From positions 1 to 64,000 of the forward strand of contig JBEKDT010000021.1 in assembly GCA_050014195.1 (NCBI GenBank): a DNA stretch of 64,000 bases, read 5' to 3'. The position numbers and the translations under genes are program-made. Positions 38,368 through 47,980 of this stretch are shown here, in pieces. A model generated the notes under the pieces. It saw nothing but the letters and a program-made list of their open reading frames with translations. It was not told the DNA's origin and did no database searches. The DNA comes from Desulfomonilia bacterium (lineage in GTDB: Bacteria > Desulfobacterota > Desulfomonilia > UBA1062). Positions within the stretch are counted from its first letter, which is position 1, and each line of letters begins with the position of its first letter.

Positions 38368-39447
38368 ATGAACGTATACAAGATTAAGGCGGCTGTTCTG
38401 CGCAGGAAGGGCGGGCCCTTGAAGATCGAATCCCTCGAGATGGAAGGTCCGCGGGATGACGAAGTCCTGGTGCGTATCGTCGCCTCGGGCATCTGCCATA
38501 CCGATATCGGCTTCCTCGATGACTGGGACGATGCGGACGGCCCGGTGGTGCTGGGCCATGAGGGTGCGGGCGTGGTGGAAATGGTCGGCAGGGATGTAAA
38601 GGGTGTCAATACCGGAGATCATGTCGTGCTTTCCTACCAGTCCTGCGGCCGCTGTGATCAATGCAAAAAAGGGCACCCTACGGAGTGCGCACACTTCTAT
38701 GAGGCGAACTTCGGTTTTAAGCGCCTTGACCACAGCAATGCCCTGCATCGTAGCGGTGTACACGGGCACTTCTTCGGCCAGTCTTCGTTCGCCACCCACT
38801 CCCTGGCTACCGAACGCAACCTCGTCAAGGTTCCCAAAGACTTGAGCCTTGAGCTCCTCGCCCCGCTGGGGTGCGGCATGCAGACCGGGGCCGGCACCGT
38901 GATGAATTCGCTTAAGGTCCCGACAGGGGCAAGCATCGCCGTCTTCGGTACGGGATCGGTCGGTCTTGCAGCGGTCATGGCGGCCCGCATCGTTAAAGCA
39001 GACCCGGTCATAGCCGTGGATATCAATCCCAGGCGGCTCAAACTCGCTCTGGAGTTGGGGGCCACCCACACGATCGACAATCGTCATGAAAAACTCGCCT
39101 CCCGCATCACCGGTATCACCGGGGGCGGCGTTGATTTCGTGTTGGAAAACACTGGCGACCCGGAAATGCTCCGGCTGGCGGTAGGCGTGTTGAATCCGCA
39201 TGGCATTGCAGCGCTCCTCACGGGCGCGAGCGGACCGGATTCTCTGCCGGGAGGGAGGAAGACCCTCGAAATAATCCAAGGCGATGCCGTGCCGCAGCGA
39301 TTTATCCCGGAACTGATCGCGCTGTATCAAACAGGGCGGTTCCCCTTTGAGCGCCTCGTGAAGTTCTATGGCTTCAGTGAGATCAACCAGGCCATTGATG
39401 ATTCCAGGCACGGCCGCACCATTAAGCCTGTGCTGCGGATCAGTTAA
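38368..39447 (+). CDS. Zn-dependent NAD(P) alcohol dehydrogenase (aryl-alcohol dehydrogenase-like)
   Basis: GICHTD, GHEGAG, CGRCDQC...C, GCGMQTGAG, GTGSVG. Confidence 0.92.
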   Translation: MNVYKIKAAVLRRKGGPLKIESLEMEGPRDDEVLVRIVASGICHTDIGFLDDWDDADGPVVLGHEGAGVVEMVGRDVKGVNTGDHVVLSYQSCGRCDQCKKGHPTECAHFYEANFGFKRLDHSNALHRSGVHGHFFGQSSFATHSLATERNLVKVPKDLSLELLAPLGCGMQTGAGTVMNSLKVPTGASIAVFGTGSVGLAAVMAARIVKADPVIAVDINPRRLKLALELGATHTIDNRHEKLASRITGITGGGVDFVLENTGDPEMLRLAVGVLNPHGIAALLTGASGPDSLPGGRKTLEIIQGDAVPQRFIPELIALYQTGRFPFERLVKFYGFSEINQAIDDSRHGRTIKPVLRIS

Positions 39448-39834
39448 GAGGAGGAGCTGAAATAATGAAGATGAAATGACTTACACGTGTCTGAGAATAT
39501 CTTCCAAATCAGTTTTGATCTTTTCCTTTTCTTCTTTCTCAGCCGATTCAGTCAATACCTTAAATAATTCTCTCAATTGATTGCTGATGATTTCTTCATC
39601 CCCTGGGGTCATAGATAGATTCTCCTGTGGTGTACTCATTCATGTTATCGTCAAAATGGCGTTTTCGATAACAACAAAAAATTAAAATGAGATGAAAGGA
39701 CTTGAACCATGACGAATGGCCCGGTCGGATGGATTCCCGAGAAAGGCTTCATTATCTATGAGTTTGTGGTTGACGGATTGCCGGCAATAGGGTGGAACAT
39801 GGAATAATGTGAATAAGGAACTGGAGGTAACACC

Positions 39835-40845
39835 ATGTTGATCGTCATGCATCATAAGGCGCTTGACAAGCAGATCAAGGCAGTCATGGACGCTGTTGAG
39901 CGCATGGGGTTGACGGCCAAACCCATCCCCGGCAGCGAGCGTACCGCAATAGGCGTCCTGGGTAACAAGGGCTATGTCGATGATACGAATATCCGCGGTC
40001 TTCCCGGGATCAAAGAGATCATCCATGTCTCAAAACCCTACAAGCTGGTTTCCCGGGACTTCCACCCCCGCGCCACGATCATCAAGGTGGGAAGGCATGA
40101 GATCGGTGAAGGCAAACGCCCGATCGTCATCGCCGGGCCCTGCGCCGTGGAGAGCGAAGAACAGATCCTCAAGACCGCTGCTGCAGTAAAAAATTCCGGT
40201 GCGGATATGCTGCGCGGCGGTGCCTTCAAGCCGCGCACCGGCCCGCACACCTTCCAGGGCCTGAAGGAACAAGGGCTGAAGCTTCTCGCTTTGGCCAAGA
40301 AAGAGACGGGCCTGCCCATTGTCACCGAGGTGATGAGCACTGAGAATGTTGAGCTCGTCGGGGAATATGCCGACATCCTTCAGGTGGGAGCCAGGAACAT
40401 GCAGAATTTCGATCTCCTGACGGAGCTCGGGCGCATCCACAAACCGATCCTACTCAAGCGTGGCATGAGTGCCACGGTGGAGGAGTTTCTGGCCGCAGCG
40501 GAATATATCTATGCCGGAGGGAACCACCAGATCGTCCTGTGCGAGCGCGGCATCCGGACCTTTGAGACAGCGACGCGCAACAGCCTTGACCTGTCCGTAA
40601 TCCCTCTCATCAAGGAACTGACCCACCTCCCTGTGATCGTGGATCCCTCGCATGCCACCGGGCGAAGGAGCCTTGTTCCGCCCATGGCAAAGGCGGCCCT
40701 GGTGGTCGGCGCAAACGGGATCATGGTGGAGGTTCACCCCGAGCCGGATAAGGCCCTGTCCGACGGCCCCCAGTCTCTTACCATTCCCGGATTCGAGAAA
40801 CTCATGGATGAAGTCAGAAAATTAGATACCTTCCTGGGGTATTGA
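39835..40845 (+). CDS. aroF: DAHP synthase, type I-beta with N-terminal regulatory domain
   Basis: [43 protein letters not shown]. Confidence 0.94.
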   Translation: MLIVMHHKALDKQIKAVMDAVERMGLTAKPIPGSERTAIGVLGNKGYVDDTNIRGLPGIKEIIHVSKPYKLVSRDFHPRATIIKVGRHEIGEGKRPIVIAGPCAVESEEQILKTAAAVKNSGADMLRGGAFKPRTGPHTFQGLKEQGLKLLALAKKETGLPIVTEVMSTENVELVGEYADILQVGARNMQNFDLLTELGRIHKPILLKRGMSATVEEFLAAAEYIYAGGNHQIVLCERGIRTFETATRNSLDLSVIPLIKELTHLPVIVDPSHATGRRSLVPPMAKAALVVGANGIMVEVHPEPDKALSDGPQSLTIPGFEKLMDEVRKLDTFLGY

Positions 40846-40959
40846 TGGCTTGAAAGATGGTGCCCGGCCCTGATTTCTCTCCCATGGAATAACAAACCTC
40901 GTATGATTTCTTGTGCAGAGGTCCTCACGATCTCGTAGCGTACCTGATGACACCCATGT

Positions 40960-41241
40960 CTAGCATGTCTTTGAGCTGCCGGAGCGGGATTGCATTTGGC
41001 TGTATCTGATGAATACAACTAATGTGATCGTTGTTATCAGGAGTCTGTGTCCCCAAAGCAGTGCCAAGATCATGCGAAGGAGCTTGAATGTCGTTTTCAG
41101 GCCGATGAGAGCCACCAGGACAATCGCCGCCGGTTTTACGATGTCGTTGAGCACCTTAAACCTGCGCCCCAGTTCTTTCTTGATTTCCATGAGCTCCATG
41201 ACCATGTCATTAATGTCTTTTCTCAATTTCTTTTCAGCCAT
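40960..41241 (-). CDS. Small hypothetical membrane protein
   Basis: MAEKKLRKDIND... after a GGAGG RBS, two hydrophobic segments, overlaps the upstream gene. Confidence 0.6.
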   Translation of the reverse strand: MAEKKLRKDINDMVMELMEIKKELGRRFKVLNDIVKPAAIVLVALIGLKTTFKLLRMILALLWGHRLLITTITLVVFIRYSQMQSRSGSSKTC

Positions 41242-41606
41242 CTCATGTCCTCCCGCGCGCGAATGAGATCGGTTCTTACCTTGCCCAATTTTTTCTGCGC
41301 AAGCCGCAGGCCCGTCAAACCAAGGATCAGACCGCTCAACAAAAGGATGGTCGTTACAATCAGTGCCGATACCCATGGCAGAAACCACGTATTCAGCAGC
41401 AGCACCAGGGTAACCAGAGAAAAGATTCCCGCAAGTGCCACGAGCACCGCTCCGGCAATTCCCAGGATGAGTGCCGGGATGCCGGTCTTGACAGCTTCCT
41501 GAGCCACCTGTTTCACATACGATTTTTCTTTGGAGAAAAAACTCCTGACCAGGCTGAAAAACCGCACAATCAGCCTGAACGTGGATCCCTCTTCAGATTT
41601 TCCCAT
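41223..41606 (-). CDS. YqjE/holin-superfamily-like two-TM membrane protein
   Basis: Two long hydrophobic segments and a REDMRWLK C-terminus; GGGGAGG RBS. Confidence 0.65.
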   Translation of the reverse strand: MGKSEEGSTFRLIVRFFSLVRSFFSKEKSYVKQVAQEAVKTGIPALILGIAGAVLVALAGIFSLVTLVLLLNTWFLPWVSALIVTTILLLSGLILGLTGLRLAQKKLGKVRTDLIRAREDMRWLKRN

Positions 41607-41830
41607 GGTACCTCCCCTTCAACGTAATAATGAAGATCCTGTCGAACATAGAACCTATGCTATGCCTTACATTTTATATTTCTTCAATGATAATGGGGAG
41701 GGTGAGGTGATGCAGGAAGTTGTCATGAAACGTTTCTAACGAAAAATACCAAGTTTGTCTCTTGACATGCCCTCTGAACTCATCCAAATATAGGTGCAAT
41801 TGTTTTCCCAGCATGACGACAGGGAGAGGA

Positions 41831-41929
41831 ATGGTGAAGATGAATCTTTTTAAGCATACTGACCTTGCACTCCTCCTCCTATGCCTTACTACCATTGACA
41901 GACGCCCGTCGATTTTAGGTTGTCCATAA
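41831..41929 (+). CDS. leuA leader (attenuator) peptide
   Basis: MVKMNLFKHTDLALLLLCLTTIDRRPSILGCP with four consecutive Leu codons (CTC CTC CTC CTA). Confidence 0.75.
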   Translation: MVKMNLFKHTDLALLLLCLTTIDRRPSILGCP

Positions 41930-41952
41930 TAATTTAAATAAGACGATAATCT

Positions 41953-41991
41953 AAAGGCCGTGGGCGATAAAGTCCATGGCCTTTTTATTTT
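41953..41991 (+). terminator. Attenuator terminator upstream of leuA
   Basis: AAAGGCCGTGGGC-GATAAA-GTCCATGGCCTTT followed by a T tract, about 20 bp before leuA. Confidence 0.82.
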
Positions 41992-42009
41992 ATACGAAAG
42001 GAGAATGAT

Positions 42010-43557
42010 ATGGAGGACAGACAGCAAAAGGTATTCATCTTCGACACCACCCTTAGAGACGGCGAGCAATCTCCCGGCTGCAGCATGAACCTGGATGAGA
42101 AGCTCCATCTGGCGCGCCAGCTTGAAAAGCTCGGGGTCGACATAATAGAAGCCGGATTCCCGATAGCATCCGAGGGCGACTTTGCATCCGTAAGGCAGAT
42201 CGCCCGCGAAATAAGGGGGGTGCAGATTGCAGGGCTTGCGCGTGCCAACTTCAAGGATATAGACCGCGCCTGGGAGGCCATCAAGGATGCCGCTGATCCG
42301 CGCATCCATACGTTCATATCTTCTTCCGACATCCACCTCAAATATCAGCTGAGGAAATCAAGGGAAGAGGTGTTGAAAGAGGCCTGCGACGCGGTGAGGC
42401 ATGCGTGCGGTTATACGAAGAACGTTGAGTTCTCTCCCATGGATGCCACACGAAGCGACCGGACATATCTGTGTGAAATGGTGGAGGCTGTCATTGCCTG
42501 CGGGGCTACCACGGTCAACATCCCGGATACGGTCGGGTATGCCATACCCGAAGAGTTCGGCGCATTGATCGCCCATCTGTTCGATAAGGTGAAGAATATC
42601 CAGCAAGCGATTATTTCCGTTCACTGCCACAACGACCTCGGCCTGGCGGTTGCCAATTCTCTGGCCGCACTACGAAACGGCGCCAGGCAGGTTGAATGCA
42701 CGATCAACGGCATCGGTGAGCGGGCGGGGAATGCGGCCATGGAAGAGGTCGTCATGGCGGTTGCGACGCGCAAAGACCTGTTCGGACTCTATACCGGTAT
42801 CAAGACCGAGAACCTCTACCAGACTTCCCGGCTGCTCACCCAGATTACCGGGGTCAGGGTTCAGCCGAACAAGGCCATTGTCGGTGCCAATGCCTTTGCC
42901 CATGAATCCGGCATCCACCAGGACGGCCTGATCAAGGAAAAGCTCACCTATGAGATCATGACCCCGCAGTCCGTGGGTATGCCTGACAGCCACATCGTGC
43001 TGGGAAAGCATTCCGGGCGGCATGCCATCACCAGGCACCTCAAGCACCTTGGGTATGACCTGAGCGATGAAGAGCTGAACCGGGTCTTTGTCCGCTTCAA
43101 GGAACTAGCCGATGTGAAGAAGGAAATCTTCGATGAAGATCTCGAGACCATCCTCTACGAAGAGGTATTGAGGATTGAAGAGAAGTATAAGCTTGTCTAT
43201 CTCAACGTGGTGAGCGGAAATGTTGCTATTCCCACCGCTACTATGCAGTTGGAGATCGACAAAGAAACCGTTCAGGATGCAGGATTCGGTGTGGGCCCTG
43301 TGGATGCCACCTTCGATGCCATAAAAAAGATCACCAAGACCGGCTATGATTTGATGAAGTACACCGTCAATGCAGTAACCGGCGGTACGGATGCCCAGGG
43401 TGAGGCGGCAGTGCAGCTGAAATACAAAAACCGCTCCGTAGCAGGTCACGGTGCACACCCTGATGTCCTCGTAGCCTCTGCCAAGGCCTATATCAATGCG
43501 CTGAACCGCATCGAGTGGCTCAAGAAAGACGAGGAGAGTGAACCGGGAAAACTATAG
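42010..43557 (+). CDS. leuA: 2-isopropylmalate synthase
   Basis: [40 protein letters not shown]-terminal regulatory domain (GPVDA). Confidence 0.96.
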   Translation: MEDRQQKVFIFDTTLRDGEQSPGCSMNLDEKLHLARQLEKLGVDIIEAGFPIASEGDFASVRQIAREIRGVQIAGLARANFKDIDRAWEAIKDAADPRIHTFISSSDIHLKYQLRKSREEVLKEACDAVRHACGYTKNVEFSPMDATRSDRTYLCEMVEAVIACGATTVNIPDTVGYAIPEEFGALIAHLFDKVKNIQQAIISVHCHNDLGLAVANSLAALRNGARQVECTINGIGERAGNAAMEEVVMAVATRKDLFGLYTGIKTENLYQTSRLLTQITGVRVQPNKAIVGANAFAHESGIHQDGLIKEKLTYEIMTPQSVGMPDSHIVLGKHSGRHAITRHLKHLGYDLSDEELNRVFVRFKELADVKKEIFDEDLETILYEEVLRIEEKYKLVYLNVVSGNVAIPTATMQLEIDKETVQDAGFGVGPVDATFDAIKKITKTGYDLMKYTVNAVTGGTDAQGEAAVQLKYKNRSVAGHGAHPDVLVASAKAYINALNRIEWLKKDEESEPGKL

Positions 43558-43636
43558 AGCATGTATCGGGCATGGTCTTTGGTGCAGGCCGGCGGGCCAT
43601 GCGTTTAGCGATGCTTCATAAAAGTTGTACACCTCG

Positions 43637-43689
43637 TGTAGGAGCGCCTTCAGGCGCGACCGGCTGTCGCGGCTAAAGCCGCTCCTACA
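43637..43689. repeat. GTAG-family REP doublet (inverted pair)
   Basis: TGTAGGAGCGCCTTCAGGCGCGAC-N5-GTCGCGGCTAAAGCCGCTCCTACA; same family as 17275-17379. Confidence 0.88.
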
Positions 43690-43729
43690 GGATCAATCTC
43701 TCAAATGCTATATCCGACTATCCGGCCCG

Positions 43730-44212
43730 TTACAGGTGCTTCACGTAGATGATCTTGCTGTCCCCCGGCGAGTAATAATCTTTTAGCGTCGCCTCCGGGT
43801 TGTAGCCGGCATTGAGGTAGAAGCCCTGGGTGGGCTTGTAGAGGTCTCTGGAAGATGTCTCAATGTAGACGCGCATGCCGCCCATCTTTCTTATCTTCTT
43901 TTCAGTCCTTTTGAGCAGCCCTCTGCCGATGCCCAGACCCTGGTGATCTTTGTGCACTGCGATCCAGTAGAGATCGAAGCTGCCATGAGTACAAGGGATG
44001 CGGCCGTAGCAGGTATACCCCAACACCTTGCCGGAGAAGTCTTCACAGAAGAGAAAGAGATAGTCGCTGATGCTTTCCCCGGACAGGCCCGCATCCACAA
44101 GTTCTACCGCAACCTCGATTTCCTCGGGTGTGAAGAAACCGGTGGACTCAACAATTGCATGAACGGTTTTTCTATCAGCTGGGACCACACGGGCTCGGTA
44201 GGTGAATTTCAT
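43730..44212 (-). CDS. GNAT family N-acetyltransferase
   Basis: DLYWIAV...QGLGIGRGLL acetyl-CoA motif, IETSS, FYLNAGY; alternative GTG start at 44251 overlapping the upstream stop. Confidence 0.9.
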   Translation of the reverse strand: MKFTYRARVVPADRKTVHAIVESTGFFTPEEIEVAVELVDAGLSGESISDYLFLFCEDFSGKVLGYTCYGRIPCTHGSFDLYWIAVHKDHQGLGIGRGLLKRTEKKIRKMGGMRVYIETSSRDLYKPTQGFYLNAGYNPEATLKDYYSPGDSKIIYVKHL

Positions 44213-44247
44213 GATCTCTCTTGCCGCCTTGGCGCGGGTGCTCCCGG

Positions 44248-45237
44248 TCACTTGCGCAGGGCATCCTGGACAATGCGTGCTATCATCTTGTAGTAGGGGA
44301 CCCCGGCCTTTTCGGATGCCGCCATGAAACCGCCGTTCGGTGAGATGCACGGGTTTGCATTTATCTCGAGGACCCAGGGTTTGTTATCGGCGTCCACCCG
44401 GACATCCACCCGTGCATAACCCCTCAGATCAAAGCTTTCCCAACACTTCTGCGCTATACATTTGAGCTCTGAGAGCATCGGTGCATCCTCGGGCGGGAAG
44501 TCGAGAACCCTCGTCGTACCCTCATATTCAGGTGAGCCTTCGATCCACTTGGCCTTGTAGTCCACTATTTTGGGCATGTGTTCCGCATAGTCAAAGGTTA
44601 TCTCAGCCGGCGGAAGGGCCTGGGCGCCATCCGTGTCGGCAAGCAGTGCAAGGTTGATCTCCCGGCCGTCTATATAACGTTCCGCAAAGCACGGCTTACC
44701 AAGTTTCTGGGCCTTCTGCAGCAGAAGCCCCATGAGCTCGGCCAGGTCACGCACCTCCACCACGGAATCACTATCGAGCCCGATTGATGCATCCTCCCAC
44801 TGGGCCTTTATAATATACTGGCTGGGGAAGGGGGGCTCGCATTCAATCTGCTTGCCCGGCACGACCCACTCCGGAGTGGGTATGTCCATGAGCCGCATCC
44901 ACCTCTTGGCGAGCACCTTGTTGGAGGTGATGAACATGGCCTCTGCACCGGCCCCGGTATATGGGATTTTCAGATGGTCAAGGTACGAGCAGGCCAGGTG
45001 AATGAGCTGACCGTCACCGTTGATGCACTCCACCAGATTGAACACACACACAGGATTAATCTTTTTCAGCTTTGAGGCGAAAGACTTCTTGCCGAGATCA
45101 AAGGGCATGATCTGGGTCACATACCCCATCTTTTTCAGTTCTTCGTCGACCGCTTCCACCTGGTCCAAAACATCCTGATCGTCGGGGTTGGCATCTTCCG
45201 GGACAGGATGGTGGAGGATTACAACGGTAGGGTTCAT
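44248..45237 (-). CDS. D-Ala-D-Ala ligase-like ATP-grasp enzyme (B)
   Basis: VFNLVE, PYTG, EDASIG, ERYIDGRE, GYARVDVR, LEINANP. Confidence 0.88.
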   Translation of the reverse strand: MNPTVVILHHPVPEDANPDDQDVLDQVEAVDEELKKMGYVTQIMPFDLGKKSFASKLKKINPVCVFNLVECINGDGQLIHLACSYLDHLKIPYTGAGAEAMFITSNKVLAKRWMRLMDIPTPEWVVPGKQIECEPPFPSQYIIKAQWEDASIGLDSDSVVEVRDLAELMGLLLQKAQKLGKPCFAERYIDGREINLALLADTDGAQALPPAEITFDYAEHMPKIVDYKAKWIEGSPEYEGTTRVLDFPPEDAPMLSELKCIAQKCWESFDLRGYARVDVRVDADNKPWVLEINANPCISPNGGFMAASEKAGVPYYKMIARIVQDALRK

Positions 45238-46223
45238 GGCTTGGCTCGGTTGATCCTCGATATGGCGCTTTGCACGATACGCCCGATGAGATCATGGTAT
45301 GAAATATTGAAGAGCCTACATATGATCGGCAGATCGGAATGGACCGGGTTGAGGCCCGCCAAGGGATTCACCTCGATGAAGTTGGGCCGTCCTAGGCTGT
45401 CCATGCGGATGTCCACCCTCCCTCCGTCCCTGCATCCAAGGGCTTTCCACGATTTAAGCGCAAGATCGGTGCATGCATGGACGGCTTTCTGATCAGGGAT
45501 GGTGTAATCGATGATCTCTTCGTAATTCGACTTATTGTGGAAAGAATAGATCTTCTCACCTTCATGGTGCTTCCTGAACAGGACCTCCATAACGCCTATT
45601 ACTTGCGCCTCCTGACCAGTTCCTACGATGCCTGCAGTAAATTCCCGCCCGGGCAGGTAAGTCTCCACGAGCACTGGTTGGTTGAACTCTTCCAACAGAT
45701 GTGTACATAGTACAGAGAGTTGTTCCCTCGTGTCAACCTTTGATGAGTCATTAATGCCCTTTCCCGTACCTTCGGCCACGGGTTTGGCAAAGAGAGGGAA
45801 GGGCAGGGTTATCAAATCCGCTTCGGCGCTTGCTTCGATCACAACGAAGTCCGGAGTGTGTATCCCGGCTGCGCGGATGACGGTCTTGGTCATGCCCTTA
45901 TGCAATGTGAGCGAGAGCACGAATGGATCGGAGAACGTGTAGGGTATCCGGTAGGCATCCAGCAGGGCAGGGACCACGGCCTCGCGTCCGATGCCGTGCA
46001 TACCCTCGGCGATGTTGAACACCAGGTCCCACCTGTGGCCTGCAGAGAGTCTCTTTACGAGCTGCTTGACGTTGCCGATGCGGTCGGTTGTGTGCCCCAG
46101 GGCTGCAAGCGCCTCATCGATCCCGTCGATGGTGTCGATGCGGTCGAACTCGGCGGTCTCCTCGTAGCTGTAACCCTCTTTCAGGTAGTCGTCCCTGAGA
46201 TCGTAGGTGATGCCGATGTTCAT
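45234..46223 (-). CDS. D-Ala-D-Ala ligase-like ATP-grasp enzyme (A)
   Basis: VFNIAEG, PYTFSD, KPVAEGTGKGI, LPGREF, RVDIR, IEVNPLAGL. Confidence 0.88.
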   Translation of the reverse strand: MNIGITYDLRDDYLKEGYSYEETAEFDRIDTIDGIDEALAALGHTTDRIGNVKQLVKRLSAGHRWDLVFNIAEGMHGIGREAVVPALLDAYRIPYTFSDPFVLSLTLHKGMTKTVIRAAGIHTPDFVVIEASAEADLITLPFPLFAKPVAEGTGKGINDSSKVDTREQLSVLCTHLLEEFNQPVLVETYLPGREFTAGIVGTGQEAQVIGVMEVLFRKHHEGEKIYSFHNKSNYEEIIDYTIPDQKAVHACTDLALKSWKALGCRDGGRVDIRMDSLGRPNFIEVNPLAGLNPVHSDLPIICRLFNISYHDLIGRIVQSAISRINRAKP

Positions 46224-46228
46224 ATCTT

Positions 46229-47536
46229 CTAAGGTGCTGCAGGGCATTCAGTGCGTTTATCCGGATATCTGAACATCCTGCCCTCGTAGTTTCTCAAGAT
46301 GACCTCGTCGGCATCGCGACCCTGATAGTAATCGGGCAGGAGCGGTATCTTTCCGCCTCCGCCGGGTGCATCCACCACATAGTGCGGGACTGCATAGCCC
46401 GAGGTGTGCCCCCTCAAGCCCTCGATCATCTCGATGCCTTTTTCAATGGTTGTTCTGAAGTGTGAGGAGCCGAGGATGGGGTCGCACTGATAGAGATAAT
46501 ACGGCCTTACACGGATCTTCAGAAGGCCGTGGAACAGGGCCTTTAATGTCTCTACATTATCGTTGATGCCTTTGAGCAGAACGGTCTGGCTGCCGAGCGG
46601 TATGCCGGCATCTGCCAGAAGATTGCATGCAGCCTTTGTCTCAGGGGTCAACTCATCGGGATGGGTAAGGTGAATGCTGATCCAGAGCGGCTGATACTTC
46701 TTCAGGATATTCAGCAGACGTGCCGTCATTCTCTGCGGCAACACGACGGGCACCTTGGTCCCGATCCTGATGACCTCGACGTGCGGTATGCGGGAGATGC
46801 TGGAGAGGAGATAGTCCAGATGGCCATCCGTCATGGTCAGAGGGTCTCCGCCGGAAAGGAGGACATCTCTGATCTGGGGGGTTCCCTCGATATAGGCGAT
46901 GGCCTGCTGCCACTGGGTGATGCTTGCCTTAAACTTGCCATGGTTGCCCACCATGCGCGACCGGGTGCAGTATCTGCAGTAGGTGGAGCAGAAACCCGTG
47001 GTCAGGAACAGGGCGCGGTCGGGGTAGCGATGGACCAGCCCGTGTACAGGGCTCTGGTTCTCCTCACCCAGGGGATCTTGGGCTTCGCCCGCTGATGACA
47101 GAAATTCATCGCCGACAGGGACTACTGCGCGCCTGAGGGGTTGTAGCGGATTTGTCTGGCTGAGCAGGCTCGCATAGTAGGGAGTTATCCGCAGCGGCAG
47201 GCCGGATGTATGTCTTATGATACCGCTGTACTCACCGTGTGTGAGGTTGATGATCCGCTTTATCTGCTCGAGGTCGGTAATGCTGTTGCGGATCTGCCAG
47301 TGCCAGTTGGACCAGTCGGCCTCGTTCGCCTTAGGGAAGAACTCATGAAGGAAACGGCGGGAATGCTGGCTGACAGGTATGCGGCCTACGATGGATAATT
47401 TCCGCGCAGGCTCGGTTTTGAACAATAGGTCTTGGACGAGGGCGCGTGATATCGATGGGGGCTCCTCGGGTGGTTCGGTACCTAAGGGATCGGGATCATC
47501 AATGGGAACAGACACTGCCGGACCGTTGTGCTTCAT
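46229..47536 (-). CDS. kamA: KamA family radical SAM/PLP lysine 2,3-aminomutase
   Basis: HRYPDR, CSTYCRYCTR, SGGDP, YQCD, VVDAPGGGGK; start at the ATG after AGGAGG. Confidence 0.88.
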   Translation of the reverse strand: MKHNGPAVSVPIDDPDPLGTEPPEEPPSISRALVQDLLFKTEPARKLSIVGRIPVSQHSRRFLHEFFPKANEADWSNWHWQIRNSITDLEQIKRIINLTHGEYSGIIRHTSGLPLRITPYYASLLSQTNPLQPLRRAVVPVGDEFLSSAGEAQDPLGEENQSPVHGLVHRYPDRALFLTTGFCSTYCRYCTRSRMVGNHGKFKASITQWQQAIAYIEGTPQIRDVLLSGGDPLTMTDGHLDYLLSSISRIPHVEVIRIGTKVPVVLPQRMTARLLNILKKYQPLWISIHLTHPDELTPETKAACNLLADAGIPLGSQTVLLKGINDNVETLKALFHGLLKIRVRPYYLYQCDPILGSSHFRTTIEKGIEMIEGLRGHTSGYAVPHYVVDAPGGGGKIPLLPDYYQGRDADEVILRNYEGRMFRYPDKRTECPAAP

Positions 47537-47980
47537 TTCGTAACTCCTCCTTTGGTGAAATATCGGCACGATATTTTTCGATGATGAATAATAATTGCTG
47601 AAAAAATAGGATTACATCGGGTGGTTAGGTTTGCATGCCCGAGAGTGACTATCATCTTACTCGTCGTCAATGCGGTGCGGCATCTTTTAATGGTGCCGCC
47701 AACTTCCAAAATGAATGTCCATTCACTCTCATCGCGCCCTCTAGTGCCTGTCCTTCAAAACGGTCTGTTTCCCATCTTCTATGAGCCGGTGCTCTGAATT
47801 TTCTTTTAGACGTTCTTATAAAAATTGCAAGCAAGAAATGCAAAAAAATAAAAAAAAATTTTCAGCAGATTCGTAATGACTCTATGACTTGTTCTTGACC
47901 ACCTTTTGCTGTGTGAGAACATATGCGTTGTATGGTATTGATGAACAGTACCATCAAGATCACATTTACGGGGTCATGAC

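Noticed and set aside
38017-39411. 464-aa minus-strand ORF
   Set aside because: Antisense shadow of the alcohol dehydrogenase, running into repeat DNA
40960-41606. Prophage lysis cassette
   Set aside because: The holin-like family is a common host membrane family; no endolysin or phage genes nearby
47600-47745. Lysine riboswitch upstream of kamA (AGAGGGCGCGA)
   Set aside because: Only the first motif resembles the L-box; downstream conserved elements were not found by eye
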